Shown in pieces: positions 1 to 10,996 of a stretch of 64,000 nucleotides of DNA; within the stretch, counting starts at the first letter, position 1; each line of letters opens with the position of its first letter. The DNA is from Savitreella phatthalungensis (taxonomy: Eukaryota). Where the stretch lies: the NCBI GenBank assembly GCA_051599415.1, contig AP039692.1:434001-498000 (forward strand), given 5' to 3'. The notes beneath the pieces were generated by a model. The model saw only the letters and a program-made list of their open reading frames with translations. It did not search any database and was not told the origin of the DNA. The position numbers and the translations under genes are program-made.

Positions 1-927
1 CGTGGCATAGAGGATAGATTCAACAGACGATTTGGCTATGATTGGGTCTTCTTTAATGATGAACCATTTACAGAGGAATTCGTGAAATATGTCTCCGGCC
101 TGACGTCTGGCCAAGCACACTTCGCGGTCATCCCGACAGAGCACTGGTCAATACCTGACCATGTTGATAAGGCGAAGGCTCAGGCAGGGATGGACGCTAT
201 GAAGAAGGAGGGCGTGATTTACGGCGAAAGCCTCTCCTATCGCCACATGTGCCGCTTCAACTCTGGCTTCTTTTACGAGCACGAGCTCATGAAGAAGTAC
301 GACTATTACTTCCGCATCGAACCCTTTGTTGAATTCTACTGCGACTTCTACGATGATCCTTTCAAGTTGATGCGGGAACAAGGCAAAAAGTATGGTTGGG
401 TGATGGCGATGTATGAGTATGAGCGCACGATCCCGACATTGTGGGACGAGTCGAAGCGCTTCTTCCTCAAGAATCCACAATATGTCAGCAAACGCAATAG
501 TCTGCATTTCATGATCGACGATCCAGAAGAGCCTTATTCGGAAGCTGGATATAATCTTTGCCACTTCTGGTCGAACTTTGAAATTGGTGATCTCAACTGG
601 CTAAGATCTGATGGCTATAGGGCTTATTTCAAGCACCTCGATGAACAGGGCGGCTTCTTCTACGAGAGATGGGGCGATGCGCCTGTGCACTCCATCGCGG
701 CCTCCGTGATGCTCGACATGAGTGAAATTCACCATTTCGGAGATGTCGGCTATCGCCACAATCCGTACACACGATGCCCTCCGGAGGAGAGGTTTCATAC
801 AAGTGGTCAGTGCTCGTGCAATCCGAAAGACAACTTTGACAGCGATGGTTACTCGTGCTGGAATCAGTGGCAAAGAGCGGCTAAACAAGGTGCTCTTGGT
901 AAATACCAGGCCATTACAGCCACATAA
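1..927 (+). CDS. Glycosyltransferase family 15 alpha-1,2-mannosyltransferase (KRE2/KTR/MNT family), 5'-truncated by window edge
   Basis: Frame open from base 1 (RGIEDRFNRRFGYDWVFFNDEPF). GT15 motifs YRHMCRFNSGFF, CHFWSNFEI, FFYERWGDAPVHS. Confidence 0.95.
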   Translation, partial: RGIEDRFNRRFGYDWVFFNDEPFTEEFVKYVSGLTSGQAHFAVIPTEHWSIPDHVDKAKAQAGMDAMKKEGVIYGESLSYRHMCRFNSGFFYEHELMKKYDYYFRIEPFVEFYCDFYDDPFKLMREQGKKYGWVMAMYEYERTIPTLWDESKRFFLKNPQYVSKRNSLHFMIDDPEEPYSEAGYNLCHFWSNFEIGDLNWLRSDGYRAYFKHLDEQGGFFYERWGDAPVHSIAASVMLDMSEIHHFGDVGYRHNPYTRCPPEERFHTSGQCSCNPKDNFDSDGYSCWNQWQRAAKQGALGKYQAITAT

Positions 928-963
928 ATTCGCGCGCACGAGCATGCTGGTTGAGAGATGTGT

Positions 964-2356
964 TTAGACAAGATCCCCGATATTGACTGGCATCTCGTCG
1001 ATCTGTGTCGAATAATACTGCTCGATGTCACGCAGACCGCGCACGTCTTCGCTCGTGACAAAATTGATTGCCACTCCCTTACGACCGAAGCGGCCACTCC
1101 GCCCAATACGATGAATATAGTTCTCTCGATTCAGCGGCAGATCGTAGTTAATCACAAGGGATATTTGTTGCACATCGATGCCTCTCGCCCAGATATCAGT
1201 CGTGATGAGCACGCGCGAATTTCCCTGGCGGAAATCCTGCATGATGGCCTCCCGTTCGCGTTGCTGCATGTCGCCGTGCATGCTGGCAACGGTAAAATTT
1301 GCTTCCCTCATTTTACGCGTCAGCCAGTCAACTTTGCGTCGTGTGTTACAGAAAATGACAGCCTGCGTGATTGTCAAGTTGTCGTAAAGCTACGGGCGAG
1401 ACAGTCAGCATGTGCAGTTCGACAGGATCGACACAGATCTTACATCGCATAATGTGTCGAATTTCCAATCTTCCTTCTCGACAGCAACAAAATACTGCTT
1501 GAGGCCCTCCAGCGTCAGTTCGTCGCGCTTCACAAGAATACGCAAAGGCTCCGTCATGAACTTGCTAGTCATCTCGAGCACGTCCTGCGGCAAGGTTGCA
1601 GAGACCACAACAACCTGTGTTCCTGTTGGCAGATAACGATACACATCGTAGATCTGCTCTTTGAAGCCCTTGTTCAACAGCTCATCCGCTTCGTCGAGAA
1701 CCAGCATTTTTATTTTCCTTGTGCGCAAGTTTCTCCGACGAATCATATCTGCCACTCGCCCAGGAGTGCCTGAGACGACGTGCTGACCGTGGTCCAATTT
1801 CTTTATGTCCTCACCGATACTTGTGCCACCGATGCAAGCATGGCATTGAACACTCATGTAGTCCCCGAGGGCTAGTATAACGGCCTGACTCTGCGTTGCC
1901 AGTTCACGTGTCGGAGAGAGCACGAGGGCTTGCGTCTCCCGCTCATTTGTAGAGATGGACTGAAGAATAGATATAGAGAAAGTGGCAGTCTTGCCGGTGC
2001 CCGATTGAGCCTGCGCGATGACATCTGTCGGGTTAGACGTATGATTCCGAACGATTACTTACTTGATGAGACACCTACCTCGGCCGCGGCAAATCTGCAT
2101 TATCGCCCTGCTTTGTATTGCGCTTGGTGTTTCATAGCCGTAGCTATATATACCCCTGAGCAGATCTTCTTTTAGTCTCATAGATTCGACTGCTGTGTCA
2201 GATGGCTTGAATGGAAGACGCTACACCGCTTCACTTACATGTCGCAGCTCTACATTCGGTCAGCATCTCTTGTCAAGGACGTGATGCCTTCCTTCAGGAA
2301 TGGCCTTACGTTGCAGCTTCTTCACCATTGCGCGAGTCATCCTGGTCGATCTCCAT
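964..2356 (-). CDS. FAL1: eIF4A-III-like DEAD-box RNA helicase, 5 exons (~391 aa)
   Basis: Exons 2356-2310, 2249-2239, 2189-2079, 2024-1444, 1389-964 join in frame across GT..AG introns. Motifs [46 protein letters not shown] and WARGID are typical of eIF4A-III. Confidence 0.92.
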
Positions 2357-3018
2357 ACTAAGGTTGAGGAGAAGTCTTCTGGATGGCTAATCCTTGCAGA
2401 TATTCAACAATGGTCGTTTGAAATGCGTGGAACCCTCAAGCCTACCTCACTTATTTTACGTCTCCGAGGCAAGACACCGGCGAACTTGCTATACAGTGAG
2501 TATGTCGTAAACATCTATAGTGTGCATGCATATCCCCTGATCCTTATCCCATATGGCAACAGTATCAGCCGACTTGCAAAGATTGATCGAGACCTGAAAA
2601 CCATTCGTTGTCTTTGGCACGCATAAAATCTATTTGTGATCGATCGTCGATTGAACAATCATTCAAGGCCACCTTAAGCCTCTTTTACCTGGAAATGATT
2701 CGCAATTGATCATTTGATTGGAAAAAGCTACGGCCTTCTGACCGAAGAACAGATATCTGGTGAAGGATGGGTAATTGCAACGGCTTTCCCTGTTCAAGAA
2801 GTCAAAATTCCATCTACCAACGTCATCCGCGACAGGCTCGGTCTTGCTGAACCCTTGCGCTGTGACTTACCGTGGATTTGACCTGCTTCGTGTCGCAGAA
2901 CCGCTGTGGCGATCAGCGCAGGCCTTATACCGATCGCTTCGTTGATATTGTCGGCTCGAGCTAATCTTAATCGCTGTCCATCCGCAGTGATCTTCATCGG
3001 AATGCTCTGACCTGCTCC

Positions 3019-5634
3019 ATGATAGTCTTAGGCGGTATGGTAAGCCACGTCACAGCATGCTTTACCGGCCTCAAACGTCTCGTCAGAAGGTTCTTCCCGC
3101 TCACATCGGGCTCGACGACCTGGTGGAACAGAATCGAGTTCGACTTTATCACCATCCACTACACGTATATCATCACCTCAATCCTGATCGGCAGCCTGCT
3201 CGTCTTCAGCGGCGGTGGTATTCGTTATATAGACGCTCTTTTCCTTGCATCGAGTTCATGTACACAGGCCGGACTGAACCCGGTGAATCTCAACCAGCTG
3301 AATACTTGGCAACAGGTGGCCATCTTCCTCCTGACCAATTTCACGAATCCAATTGTCATCCACTCGGCGACGGCCTTCATTAGGCTGTATTGGTTCCGCA
3401 AACGGTTTGAGCACATTGTACGCGAGACGAACATGCGTCTGAGTATGCGTCGGACGCGCTCGAGAGCTGTCTCGATTGATCACGAAGAGCGAGGCGTCAA
3501 TGGGCGCGAGATTCGCGTGCTCTTCCATGAAGGCCACAACCCACAGACGCATATCAAGGTACAACGGCACCTAGATGCTGGAGTCTCAGCAAATGGAGAT
3601 GGGTGGAAGGCGATGCAAGCTGATCGTGAGCTCACCCAAGCTGGGGACACAATCGCCTTGAGTACCTTTCCGCTCCGTACTCGCTCTATCGCTTTCAAAG
3701 GATCCAGCGCTGGTGAAGAATTTCAGCTTGGCCCTAAAAACGAGAACTCCTCCTCAGCAGACTCGGATCTCAGCAAAGATTTGGCTTCTTCAGGTTATGA
3801 TGCGCGGACGCCATCAAATCAATCTTCTGCGCAGCATGATCTGCTAGGCGAATCAGCCATCGTCGATGACGATGAGGGCGATGAATACGAAGAACGTCAC
3901 AGAGTCTCCGCTGTAAGAAAATCAGATTCGTCAAAAGGTCAAGTAGCGAGATCCCCTGAGACGTCTCAAGCTGCATGTCATATCCAAGGTTCTCAACGGA
4001 ACGCAATCGATGATGATGCGGAGCCCATGAAGCAAGGACAAGATATCCGCTTTGCAAAGCTGCCCATCGCGCAGCGTGGCACTGTGAGCGGTGACCCCGG
4101 AACGGTATTCGACAATCGACCGCGTCGATGGTCAACGGAGGCACCTTCTCATGCTTCGGACGAACGCCGCAGGAATGAATCATTCGGATTGGGCCGCACC
4201 ATTGCATCCACGCTACTCGATATTGGAGCACGAACCATGACCATGGATACTCCACGAACTACTTCTCGAGTCCATCACCGGAGACCATCAGCATCTCGCA
4301 GCCTAGCCCTGTCGACAACTATTGAGCGAGCGGCCTCCTTCTTGCGACGGAGACGAAACAGCAGTCCCAACTCGATGACACCACGAACAAGTCAGACCGC
4401 GCTGCCTTATATCTCTTTTCAACCTACCATTGGTCGAAACTCAGCATTTGTTGAGCTGACAAGTGAGCAGCGCGACGAGCTCGGTGGGATCGAATATCGA
4501 GCAACGAAAACACTCTGCAAGGTCTTGGTATGCTATTTCTTTGGATTCCATATTTTTGGTTTCATTTGCTACATCGCCTTCATTTACACCGCGCAACAGT
4601 ATGGGTCAGTCGTTCTCGAGGCAGGTGCCGGTCTCGGCTGGTGGTCAATCTTCAGTTCATTTTCAGCAATGAACGATCTCGGGTTGACGTTGACGCCTGA
4701 CTCTTACAATTCTTTCCAGCGTGCTGCTTTCTTGCTAGTGATCGCGTCCTTCCTCATCGTCATCGGCAATACGGGCTTCCCCTGTATGCTGCGCTTCGTC
4801 ATTTGGCTTGCATACAAGATGTGGCCACACGGCTCTCCGACAAGCGAGGAACTTGCTTTTCTGCTCGATCATCCTCGTCGCTGTTTCACTTTGCTCTTTC
4901 CGAGTGCTGCGACTTGGTGGTTGTTCGGAATTCTCGTTGGCCTCAATGCGCTTGATTTGATACTCTTCATCATCCTTGACCTCAACAATCCCGTCATCAC
5001 CGATATCCCTGCAGGTTATCGGTGGCTTGTTGGCCTATTCCAAGCATTCAGTACGCGAACAGCAGGTTTTACGGCCGTCAATCTGTCGGGCCTACACTCT
5101 GCAGTGCTCGTCTCGTACATGATTATGATGTATGTTTCGGTCTTTCCCGTCGCGATCAGTATTCGCCGGACAAATGTCTATGAGGAGCGCAGTCTCGGTA
5201 TCTACACGGCTGACGAAGAACAGCGCGAAGGCCAGAGCCAAAGCTTTGTCGGGACTCATATCAGGCGTCAGCTTGGGTTCGACTTGTGGTACATTTTCCT
5301 TGCCCTGTTCATCATTTGCATCATCGAGAATCCGGAGATCCAAGACACGAATCTCAACTCTTTCAACATCTTCAACATTCTCTTCGAGATTATCTCAGCT
5401 TATGGAACTGTGGGTCTATCACTGGGATATCCGGGCGTTGACTTTTCGTTCTCCGGCGTATTTCATACTCTCTCCAAACTTGTGGTCATTGCGCTCGAAA
5501 TTCGTGGCCGTCACCGAGGACTGCCGCTCAAACTCGATCGTGCGGTGTTACTCCCTTCGGATAGGCTCATACACACCGAGGAAGAAGACCATACTCTACG
5601 AAGATCTGCGACCACACATGAGAGGCTCGATTGA
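3019..5634 (+). CDS. TRK1: TRK-family high-affinity potassium transporter
   Basis: 871-aa ORF with TQAGLN, LGGIEYRA, MNDLGLTL, STRTAGF and SAYGTVGLSLG pore motifs and a long hydrophilic loop. TRK1 versus TRK2 orthology not resolvable. Confidence 0.93.
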   Translation: MIVLGGMVSHVTACFTGLKRLVRRFFPLTSGSTTWWNRIEFDFITIHYTYIITSILIGSLLVFSGGGIRYIDALFLASSSCTQAGLNPVNLNQLNTWQQVAIFLLTNFTNPIVIHSATAFIRLYWFRKRFEHIVRETNMRLSMRRTRSRAVSIDHEERGVNGREIRVLFHEGHNPQTHIKVQRHLDAGVSANGDGWKAMQADRELTQAGDTIALSTFPLRTRSIAFKGSSAGEEFQLGPKNENSSSADSDLSKDLASSGYDARTPSNQSSAQHDLLGESAIVDDDEGDEYEERHRVSAVRKSDSSKGQVARSPETSQAACHIQGSQRNAIDDDAEPMKQGQDIRFAKLPIAQRGTVSGDPGTVFDNRPRRWSTEAPSHASDERRRNESFGLGRTIASTLLDIGARTMTMDTPRTTSRVHHRRPSASRSLALSTTIERAASFLRRRRNSSPNSMTPRTSQTALPYISFQPTIGRNSAFVELTSEQRDELGGIEYRATKTLCKVLVCYFFGFHIFGFICYIAFIYTAQQYGSVVLEAGAGLGWWSIFSSFSAMNDLGLTLTPDSYNSFQRAAFLLVIASFLIVIGNTGFPCMLRFVIWLAYKMWPHGSPTSEELAFLLDHPRRCFTLLFPSAATWWLFGILVGLNALDLILFIILDLNNPVITDIPAGYRWLVGLFQAFSTRTAGFTAVNLSGLHSAVLVSYMIMMYVSVFPVAISIRRTNVYEERSLGIYTADEEQREGQSQSFVGTHIRRQLGFDLWYIFLALFIICIIENPEIQDTNLNSFNIFNILFEIISAYGTVGLSLGYPGVDFSFSGVFHTLSKLVVIALEIRGRHRGLPLKLDRAVLLPSDRLIHTEEEDHTLRRSATTHERLD

Positions 5635-6033
5635 GCAATTCCTTGTCTATACTTGTCCGGAGATGCGCGACTCGGCACTGCAAGATAGCGTACACGACCG
5701 ATTATACTGCCGATATCGCAGATATCCAGTCAGTGCGTCAGCCGTATGGCTTTGGGCCTAAGCGATCACTAGAATACATAGTGTTCACCATGTTGCTATT
5801 GCACAACGAGGGCTGCGGTGTCCTTCACCCACGAGCCTCGCCAAAATTGACCATTCGAAATATGTGCACGTAATTCAGATGCATATATGTGTGCACTTTC
5901 GATAAGCAACCGCGACCGAGAAATCAAATTGTGATGTTCACTTGACTGCACAGAACTGATGAACTTCTAGTGTTGTCATCCAGACCATCGAGGCGCCCTG
6001 AAGCTTGCGCTGTCGGGCCGGAATTGAACGTAA

Positions 6034-6688
6034 ATGGACCCGCTTGTAGCGTCGCTCCTCGCTGCTCTGATCGTACAGCTACTCGACATTGAGTATCTAT
6101 GGGCATGGACTCAACCTACCGTGTCAGAGCCTTTGGCTCTTCAACAGAAACGCCGGGAACTACAGCGTGTCTCTCGCGAGCTCGCAGAGACTCCAAGGTG
6201 AGAGCTCCGACCCACTTTGCATGCATCGTTGGCTGACCAACAGTACCGATCATTTTGCGAAATGGGCTCGATTACGGCGGACGAAAGATGCTTTAGCAGC
6301 GACCATCGCTCAACTCGAGTCGATCCATAAAGCGTCTACAACTCGCGTAGGTGGCATAAAGAATGTCCGATCTCTTGCGAAATGGCTTATTCAGGTGGGC
6401 TTGCTATATCTCTATCGCTCGCGATCAGCTATCGAGTTACAAACAGGCGTGTTGCCATGGCCTCTGGCCACAATACTGGCTTTCGGCACATCGAACAAGA
6501 GCTCGGCCGAAGTCATCTCTTTCCTGGCGTGGAACTTTATGGTCACTTCTTTATTGGGCCGGATTGTATCCAAGCTGCGATCGGGGCAGCACTCAAATGG
6601 CGACTCCCAGCATCCCACGCCCTCGGCACCAGCGGCTTCGATCTTCTCGGAGCGTGGTCTGCGCAGCGATGCGGCAACTTATGGCTAG
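6034..6688 (+). CDS. GET1: GET complex subunit Get1/WRB (tail-anchored protein insertase), one intron 6198-6243
   Basis: Spliced protein MDPLVASLLAALIVQLL...ELAETPS|TDHFAKWARLRRTKD matches the Get1 coiled-coil signature (D-x-FAKWA-x-L-x-R) with flanking hydrophobic segments. Intron gtgaga...gctgac...cag. Confidence 0.8.
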
Positions 6689-6726
6689 TCTTCATGTGTA
6701 CGTCAGCCACTCTGCGCGAGGATCGC

Positions 6727-7998
6727 TCAGCGTCCAAAGATGTCATCGTAGCTAAGGGAGGGCTCAGAGAGTTGTCGGAGCCATACGGGCTTACAATCTT
6801 CCTGGTCAACTCCTTGACCGTCAGTAAAATCGTAATCGCAACCATCGCAACCTTTGCGCTTCGGGCAGTTGAAGAAGGGGATGTGGCGATACCCAATGTC
6901 ATGGAAATAGTGTACTCGTCGCTTGTCCTCAAAAAGTCCGACTGCGACCGAGTGGACAGGCGCATCGCCCCAGCGTTCGTAGAAGAAGCCAGCATCTGCG
7001 TCCAGCTGCTCAATCAAGGCCTCGTACTTCTGGTCGCGCCAGATCTTCATGTTTGCGATCTCGAAATTGGACCAGAAATGGCATGTCGAATAACCGTTCG
7101 CCTCTTGGAAACGGTCCAGCCTAGATTGATCCTTGAGCCACGCAAGAGCGTTATTCTTGTGTAGCCAGTTAGGATGCTTGCGCATAAATTTTTCGACGCT
7201 CGGCCATAGATTGGCGATACTTGCCGGACTGTCGTATAAGCTGATCACGAACCCATAGATTTTGTCATTCAGCTCCATGAAGCGGAAGACATCGTAATCA
7301 ATTTCGCAATAGAAATTGACCTCGGGTTCGACTCGCCAATACCAATCGTAGTCGCGTAGCGCGGGATGGTGATAGAACTTTGCAGAGTTCCACCGACACA
7401 TCTTACGATAGCTCAACAGATGATGATATTTGACATCGGCATCCTGCATGCGATCAAAAGCTTCAGCTAGTTTGACGCGGTCAATACCATCCGGTACAGA
7501 CCAGTGCTGCCAAGGAATGATCTCGAAAGTCGCCTTGCCCGCGGTCGCCTCCGACATTGCCGCACGAAACTCCCGCGAGAACGGCTCATCGTTAAAGAAG
7601 ATCCATGGATATCCGTGTTTAGCATTGAACACGCGCTCGTGGTCTCGAACGCTGCCAAGCGCATTGTCAATTTCGTTATTCCGTACGAGCATGATGATTG
7701 CGGCTTTAGCTTTAATTCCGTCCTTAGGGGGATAAAATAGTGGTCCCTCAACAGAAGTATTGTATTCATGTGCCGGTCTGCCTTGCATAGCAGCTTGTCG
7801 CTGTGCGCTGATGTACTCACTCTCTTCGTGCATTGTCTCGGCCTGCTGCGTGGTCTCGACCGGTGTCGAAACAGCAATGGATTTCGCATCTTCTCTCACG
7901 TGCGCCGCCCACGCGTATGAAGACCATCGGGATGCGGTCAGATAAGCAATGAAGCAGATTGTAGCAACGATAGCGACGATCCTTAAGGCGAAGCGCAT
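6727..7998 (-). CDS. Second GT15 alpha-1,2-mannosyltransferase (KTR family), type II membrane protein
   Basis: N-terminal TM anchor. Motifs YPWIFFNDEPF, YRKMCRWNS, CHFWSNFEI, FFYERWGDAPVHS. Confidence 0.95.
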   Translation of the reverse strand: MRFALRIVAIVATICFIAYLTASRWSSYAWAAHVREDAKSIAVSTPVETTQQAETMHEESEYISAQRQAAMQGRPAHEYNTSVEGPLFYPPKDGIKAKAAIIMLVRNNEIDNALGSVRDHERVFNAKHGYPWIFFNDEPFSREFRAAMSEATAGKATFEIIPWQHWSVPDGIDRVKLAEAFDRMQDADVKYHHLLSYRKMCRWNSAKFYHHPALRDYDWYWRVEPEVNFYCEIDYDVFRFMELNDKIYGFVISLYDSPASIANLWPSVEKFMRKHPNWLHKNNALAWLKDQSRLDRFQEANGYSTCHFWSNFEIANMKIWRDQKYEALIEQLDADAGFFYERWGDAPVHSVAVGLFEDKRRVHYFHDIGYRHIPFFNCPKRKGCDGCDYDFTDGQGVDQEDCKPVWLRQLSEPSLSYDDIFGR

Positions 7999-9298
7999 GC
8001 TGCAGGCTTAGCTCAGGCTCAGAGAGAACTTGGCGGACTGACAAATGCTAGGATTTTCGATGCTCGGGACAACACGTGTAGACTGGTCGTGGTCTCCTGC
8101 GAGGCTCACAGTCACTATGCATGCACCATTCTCACGATTAAAGCTGAAATATCTGCGAGTCCAAGGTCTTGTCAATGAAAGAGACACTGATATTGCCAAT
8201 GTCAGCCATATCCTCTGTCGCGGTGTACAGGATATTGATGGTGCATCGCCCACCACTGGTGATCGACATGATTGGTCTCGAAATGACTCCTGATCACGTG
8301 GTAATGTTGGAACCAAATTCTGCAATTTATATCCATATGCGGTGCGAACTCGCGTGTATATGGAGAATTATCACATGTCAGTCCTTTGCCACCCGGTGCA
8401 ATAGACTCGAAAGGATCCTGGAAATCTACGTATGACACTTCCAAGAAATTGTCAGAAAGTTGTGACCTAGCAGATGTTCATCTGCTAATGATGTCCCTCC
8501 ATGCCACTTGCTGTATCGTGAAGAAAACCTGTAAGGTTCTGCAAATGAAAAAGAGTGCTTCGTAGCATAACGCGATTCCAGGAGTCGAAGTGCTTTTTCA
8601 CGATATGCAGATCAGATCGGTCGGAACGGCCATGAAGTAGAAAGTCTGCTGATCAGCATATCTCTCACTGATAGCTGTCTCGCGGTGAGCATGAACGTCA
8701 AACGCGGTGTCATGAAACTGAATTACAGCTTATCTATCCGGCAAAGAATTTTTAGCCGGCACAAGAGAGATCACTCACGCAAACTACAGCTTCGATCCTA
8801 GCAGAGAAAGACGAAATAACCTAGGCATCATTGGCTACTGGCAGCTCGCATTTAGAAAGTCTGCCCACGATATCAGCCCGATCAGTCGTCGGTCTCATGG
8901 AATCGCATTTGATAGCTGACATATTCGGCTACATCAATGCATGCGCGTTTGACTGACGAGCCGCGCGAGCTCATCCACAATGCTTAATATATCTGCCATA
9001 TCGATTGCGCAAATCGGTCATCCGATTTGCTGAGCAACGCTGCGCGAGCGCGATCGGGGTTCGCGCTTTGTCTGAATTTGATCTAATTTGATTCAGACTC
9101 GATCGATCATTTTGTATCGACCTGAGTCCAGCCTTCGAGCACAACAAGCAACCTTCAGATTGATTGATATTTATGTCGAGCGGTTACGCGACACGCTTGC
9201 AGCTCAAGACCTATCAGAGTCGTAGGGCTTCTTGAAGATAATCATGAACGTGCTTCCTGATTGGATCAGTTCAAGAGAGTACATGCGGTGAAGTCACG

Positions 9299-10996
9299 AT
9301 GTCGATCCTGACACGCCTGCTGAGCGATCTGTCGGTTCGGGGATATTTGTCCACTACAGCGCGAGCTTGCACAGCACATGAGCATTTGCAAGAATGGCTT
9401 GGCTTAGTGGAAACTCTCGAAATTGGCTGTGATGACCAAGCAGCAGTGCTGCTTCAGAAGCTCCTCAGTGAACTAAATATCCTCGAACTTGATTCAGTCA
9501 TAAGGGATATCATGGTTTTCATCGTGGAACTTTGGCGACTCCAGCCATCGCTGTCGAGCTCATCTTCCACCAGCTCACCTGTGGCAAATGAGATGGAAAC
9601 CCCAGTGCCGATCTGGTCAGGTGGTGACGCGTCAAGCGTATCATCCGAAAGCGATCTGTACATGGATCACGGCGCCGTAGCAGAATCGGAAATGACTGAA
9701 GCGTCTGTCGACATACAGGGCCCACTACTACGCCGGCCGAACCTCCAGCGAAGACATCGCTGCTGCAGACAACCAAATCTTGACGGGTTCGTTCTGTCGA
9801 TAGCGGACTACGGTCGCGTGGGCTGGGAGAAGAACCCTCCGAGGCTCTCAAAGCCATTGGTCAGATGCGTAGAACGCGAAGCTAGCTCGCTGAGATCTGA
9901 CTTGTCCGCTCTAAAGCGTCGGGCGGACCGGCCGGTTGATGGAAAGGACAACGATCTCACACGTGAGATCCTCGCTGACATGCTGATTCGCAAAGTGCGG
10001 CTACTTGTCTCGGCGACCACCAGCACAGCTGGCATGCTGGATTGCTGTATACGTGTCCGCTACGGGTGGCGCAACGGCGGCGGATCTCATATCGCGCACA
10101 TGCTCTATGCCAATGGACGCATGTCCGGCGTCTGGCAGTGCATTCAACATGCAGATGGCTTCTTGGTTGGCAGTCATGACTATCTGCGTCCATTCTCGGA
10201 GCGCGATGAGAAGACAACCAGCTACCAGAGTACACGACTTGGCGTTCTCGCGGAGCGCGCCGCTGTCCTGCACCGCCATGCACAAAAGCATCGTACAGGC
10301 CGAGAAGCGTTCCTAAGTTACGAGTGGCAAATCGCTATGGCGCTTGAACACTTGTGGAGGCGCATGTGGTCAAATTGGCAGGTCGACAGCCACAGTCTGA
10401 ATCGGCACGGCTCCAGTGCGACAGCAGTGATCTCAATCAAGGGCGCCGAGAAATTGACCGGAATCGGCAGCCTGAGTGCCCTGGAGCTTACAGCAGATTC
10501 CGAAGACGTCCCAGCAGAGGGCCAAATCTCGCTGACATGGACATGCAAGCTTGCATACCTACAAACGGGCCTCAAAATCATGAATCGTCAAAAAGCCAGA
10601 GCTACTCCCTCGCAGGGTGATGGGAGGATATCTCATGCTGTGCTGTTCATGCTTCAGCAGCTGGTCTATTGTCTGATGACTGATTGGCAATTGCGAGCTA
10701 GGAACGATCAAGTCGCAAGTCCTAGCAATAGGAACAGGGCCAAGCATAGCCCTCAGAGTCGCACGACCTTCATCATGGGTCCTTTGGGTCAATGCCTTGA
10801 GCGCGTACTGATACTTACAGAGACAGTGATGAGCCGGATTTCCTTGCATGTTGAACACAACATTGGTCAGGCGCTCCGATCATTGCGCAAAGAGATCGGC
10901 TTTTGCTTGCGTATTCTCGAGGACGGCGACCAGCTCTGCGCAGCAGACTCGATTCTTGCCAGTCATCTTCGCCTCTTGTCAGCCTCAAACTTTTGA
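9299..10996 (+). CDS. Hypothetical protein, 565 aa, no recognised domain
   Basis: Long ATG-initiated ORF filling an otherwise empty gene-sized slot. No motif recognised. Confidence 0.6.
   Translation: MSILTRLLSDLSVRGYLSTTARACTAHEHLQEWLGLVETLEIGCDDQAAVLLQKLLSELNILELDSVIRDIMVFIVELWRLQPSLSSSSSTSSPVANEMETPVPIWSGGDASSVSSESDLYMDHGAVAESEMTEASVDIQGPLLRRPNLQRRHRCCRQPNLDGFVLSIADYGRVGWEKNPPRLSKPLVRCVEREASSLRSDLSALKRRADRPVDGKDNDLTREILADMLIRKVRLLVSATTSTAGMLDCCIRVRYGWRNGGGSHIAHMLYANGRMSGVWQCIQHADGFLVGSHDYLRPFSERDEKTTSYQSTRLGVLAERAAVLHRHAQKHRTGREAFLSYEWQIAMALEHLWRRMWSNWQVDSHSLNRHGSSATAVISIKGAEKLTGIGSLSALELTADSEDVPAEGQISLTWTCKLAYLQTGLKIMNRQKARATPSQGDGRISHAVLFMLQQLVYCLMTDWQLRARNDQVASPSNRNRAKHSPQSRTTFIMGPLGQCLERVLILTETVMSRISLHVEHNIGQALRSLRKEIGFCLRILEDGDQLCAADSILASHLRLLSASNF

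Noticed and set aside
2767..3010. Possible 5'-UTR intron (2771-2987) and uORF upstream of TRK
   Set aside because: Splice signals are plausible but the intron length is atypical and unsupported without transcripts.
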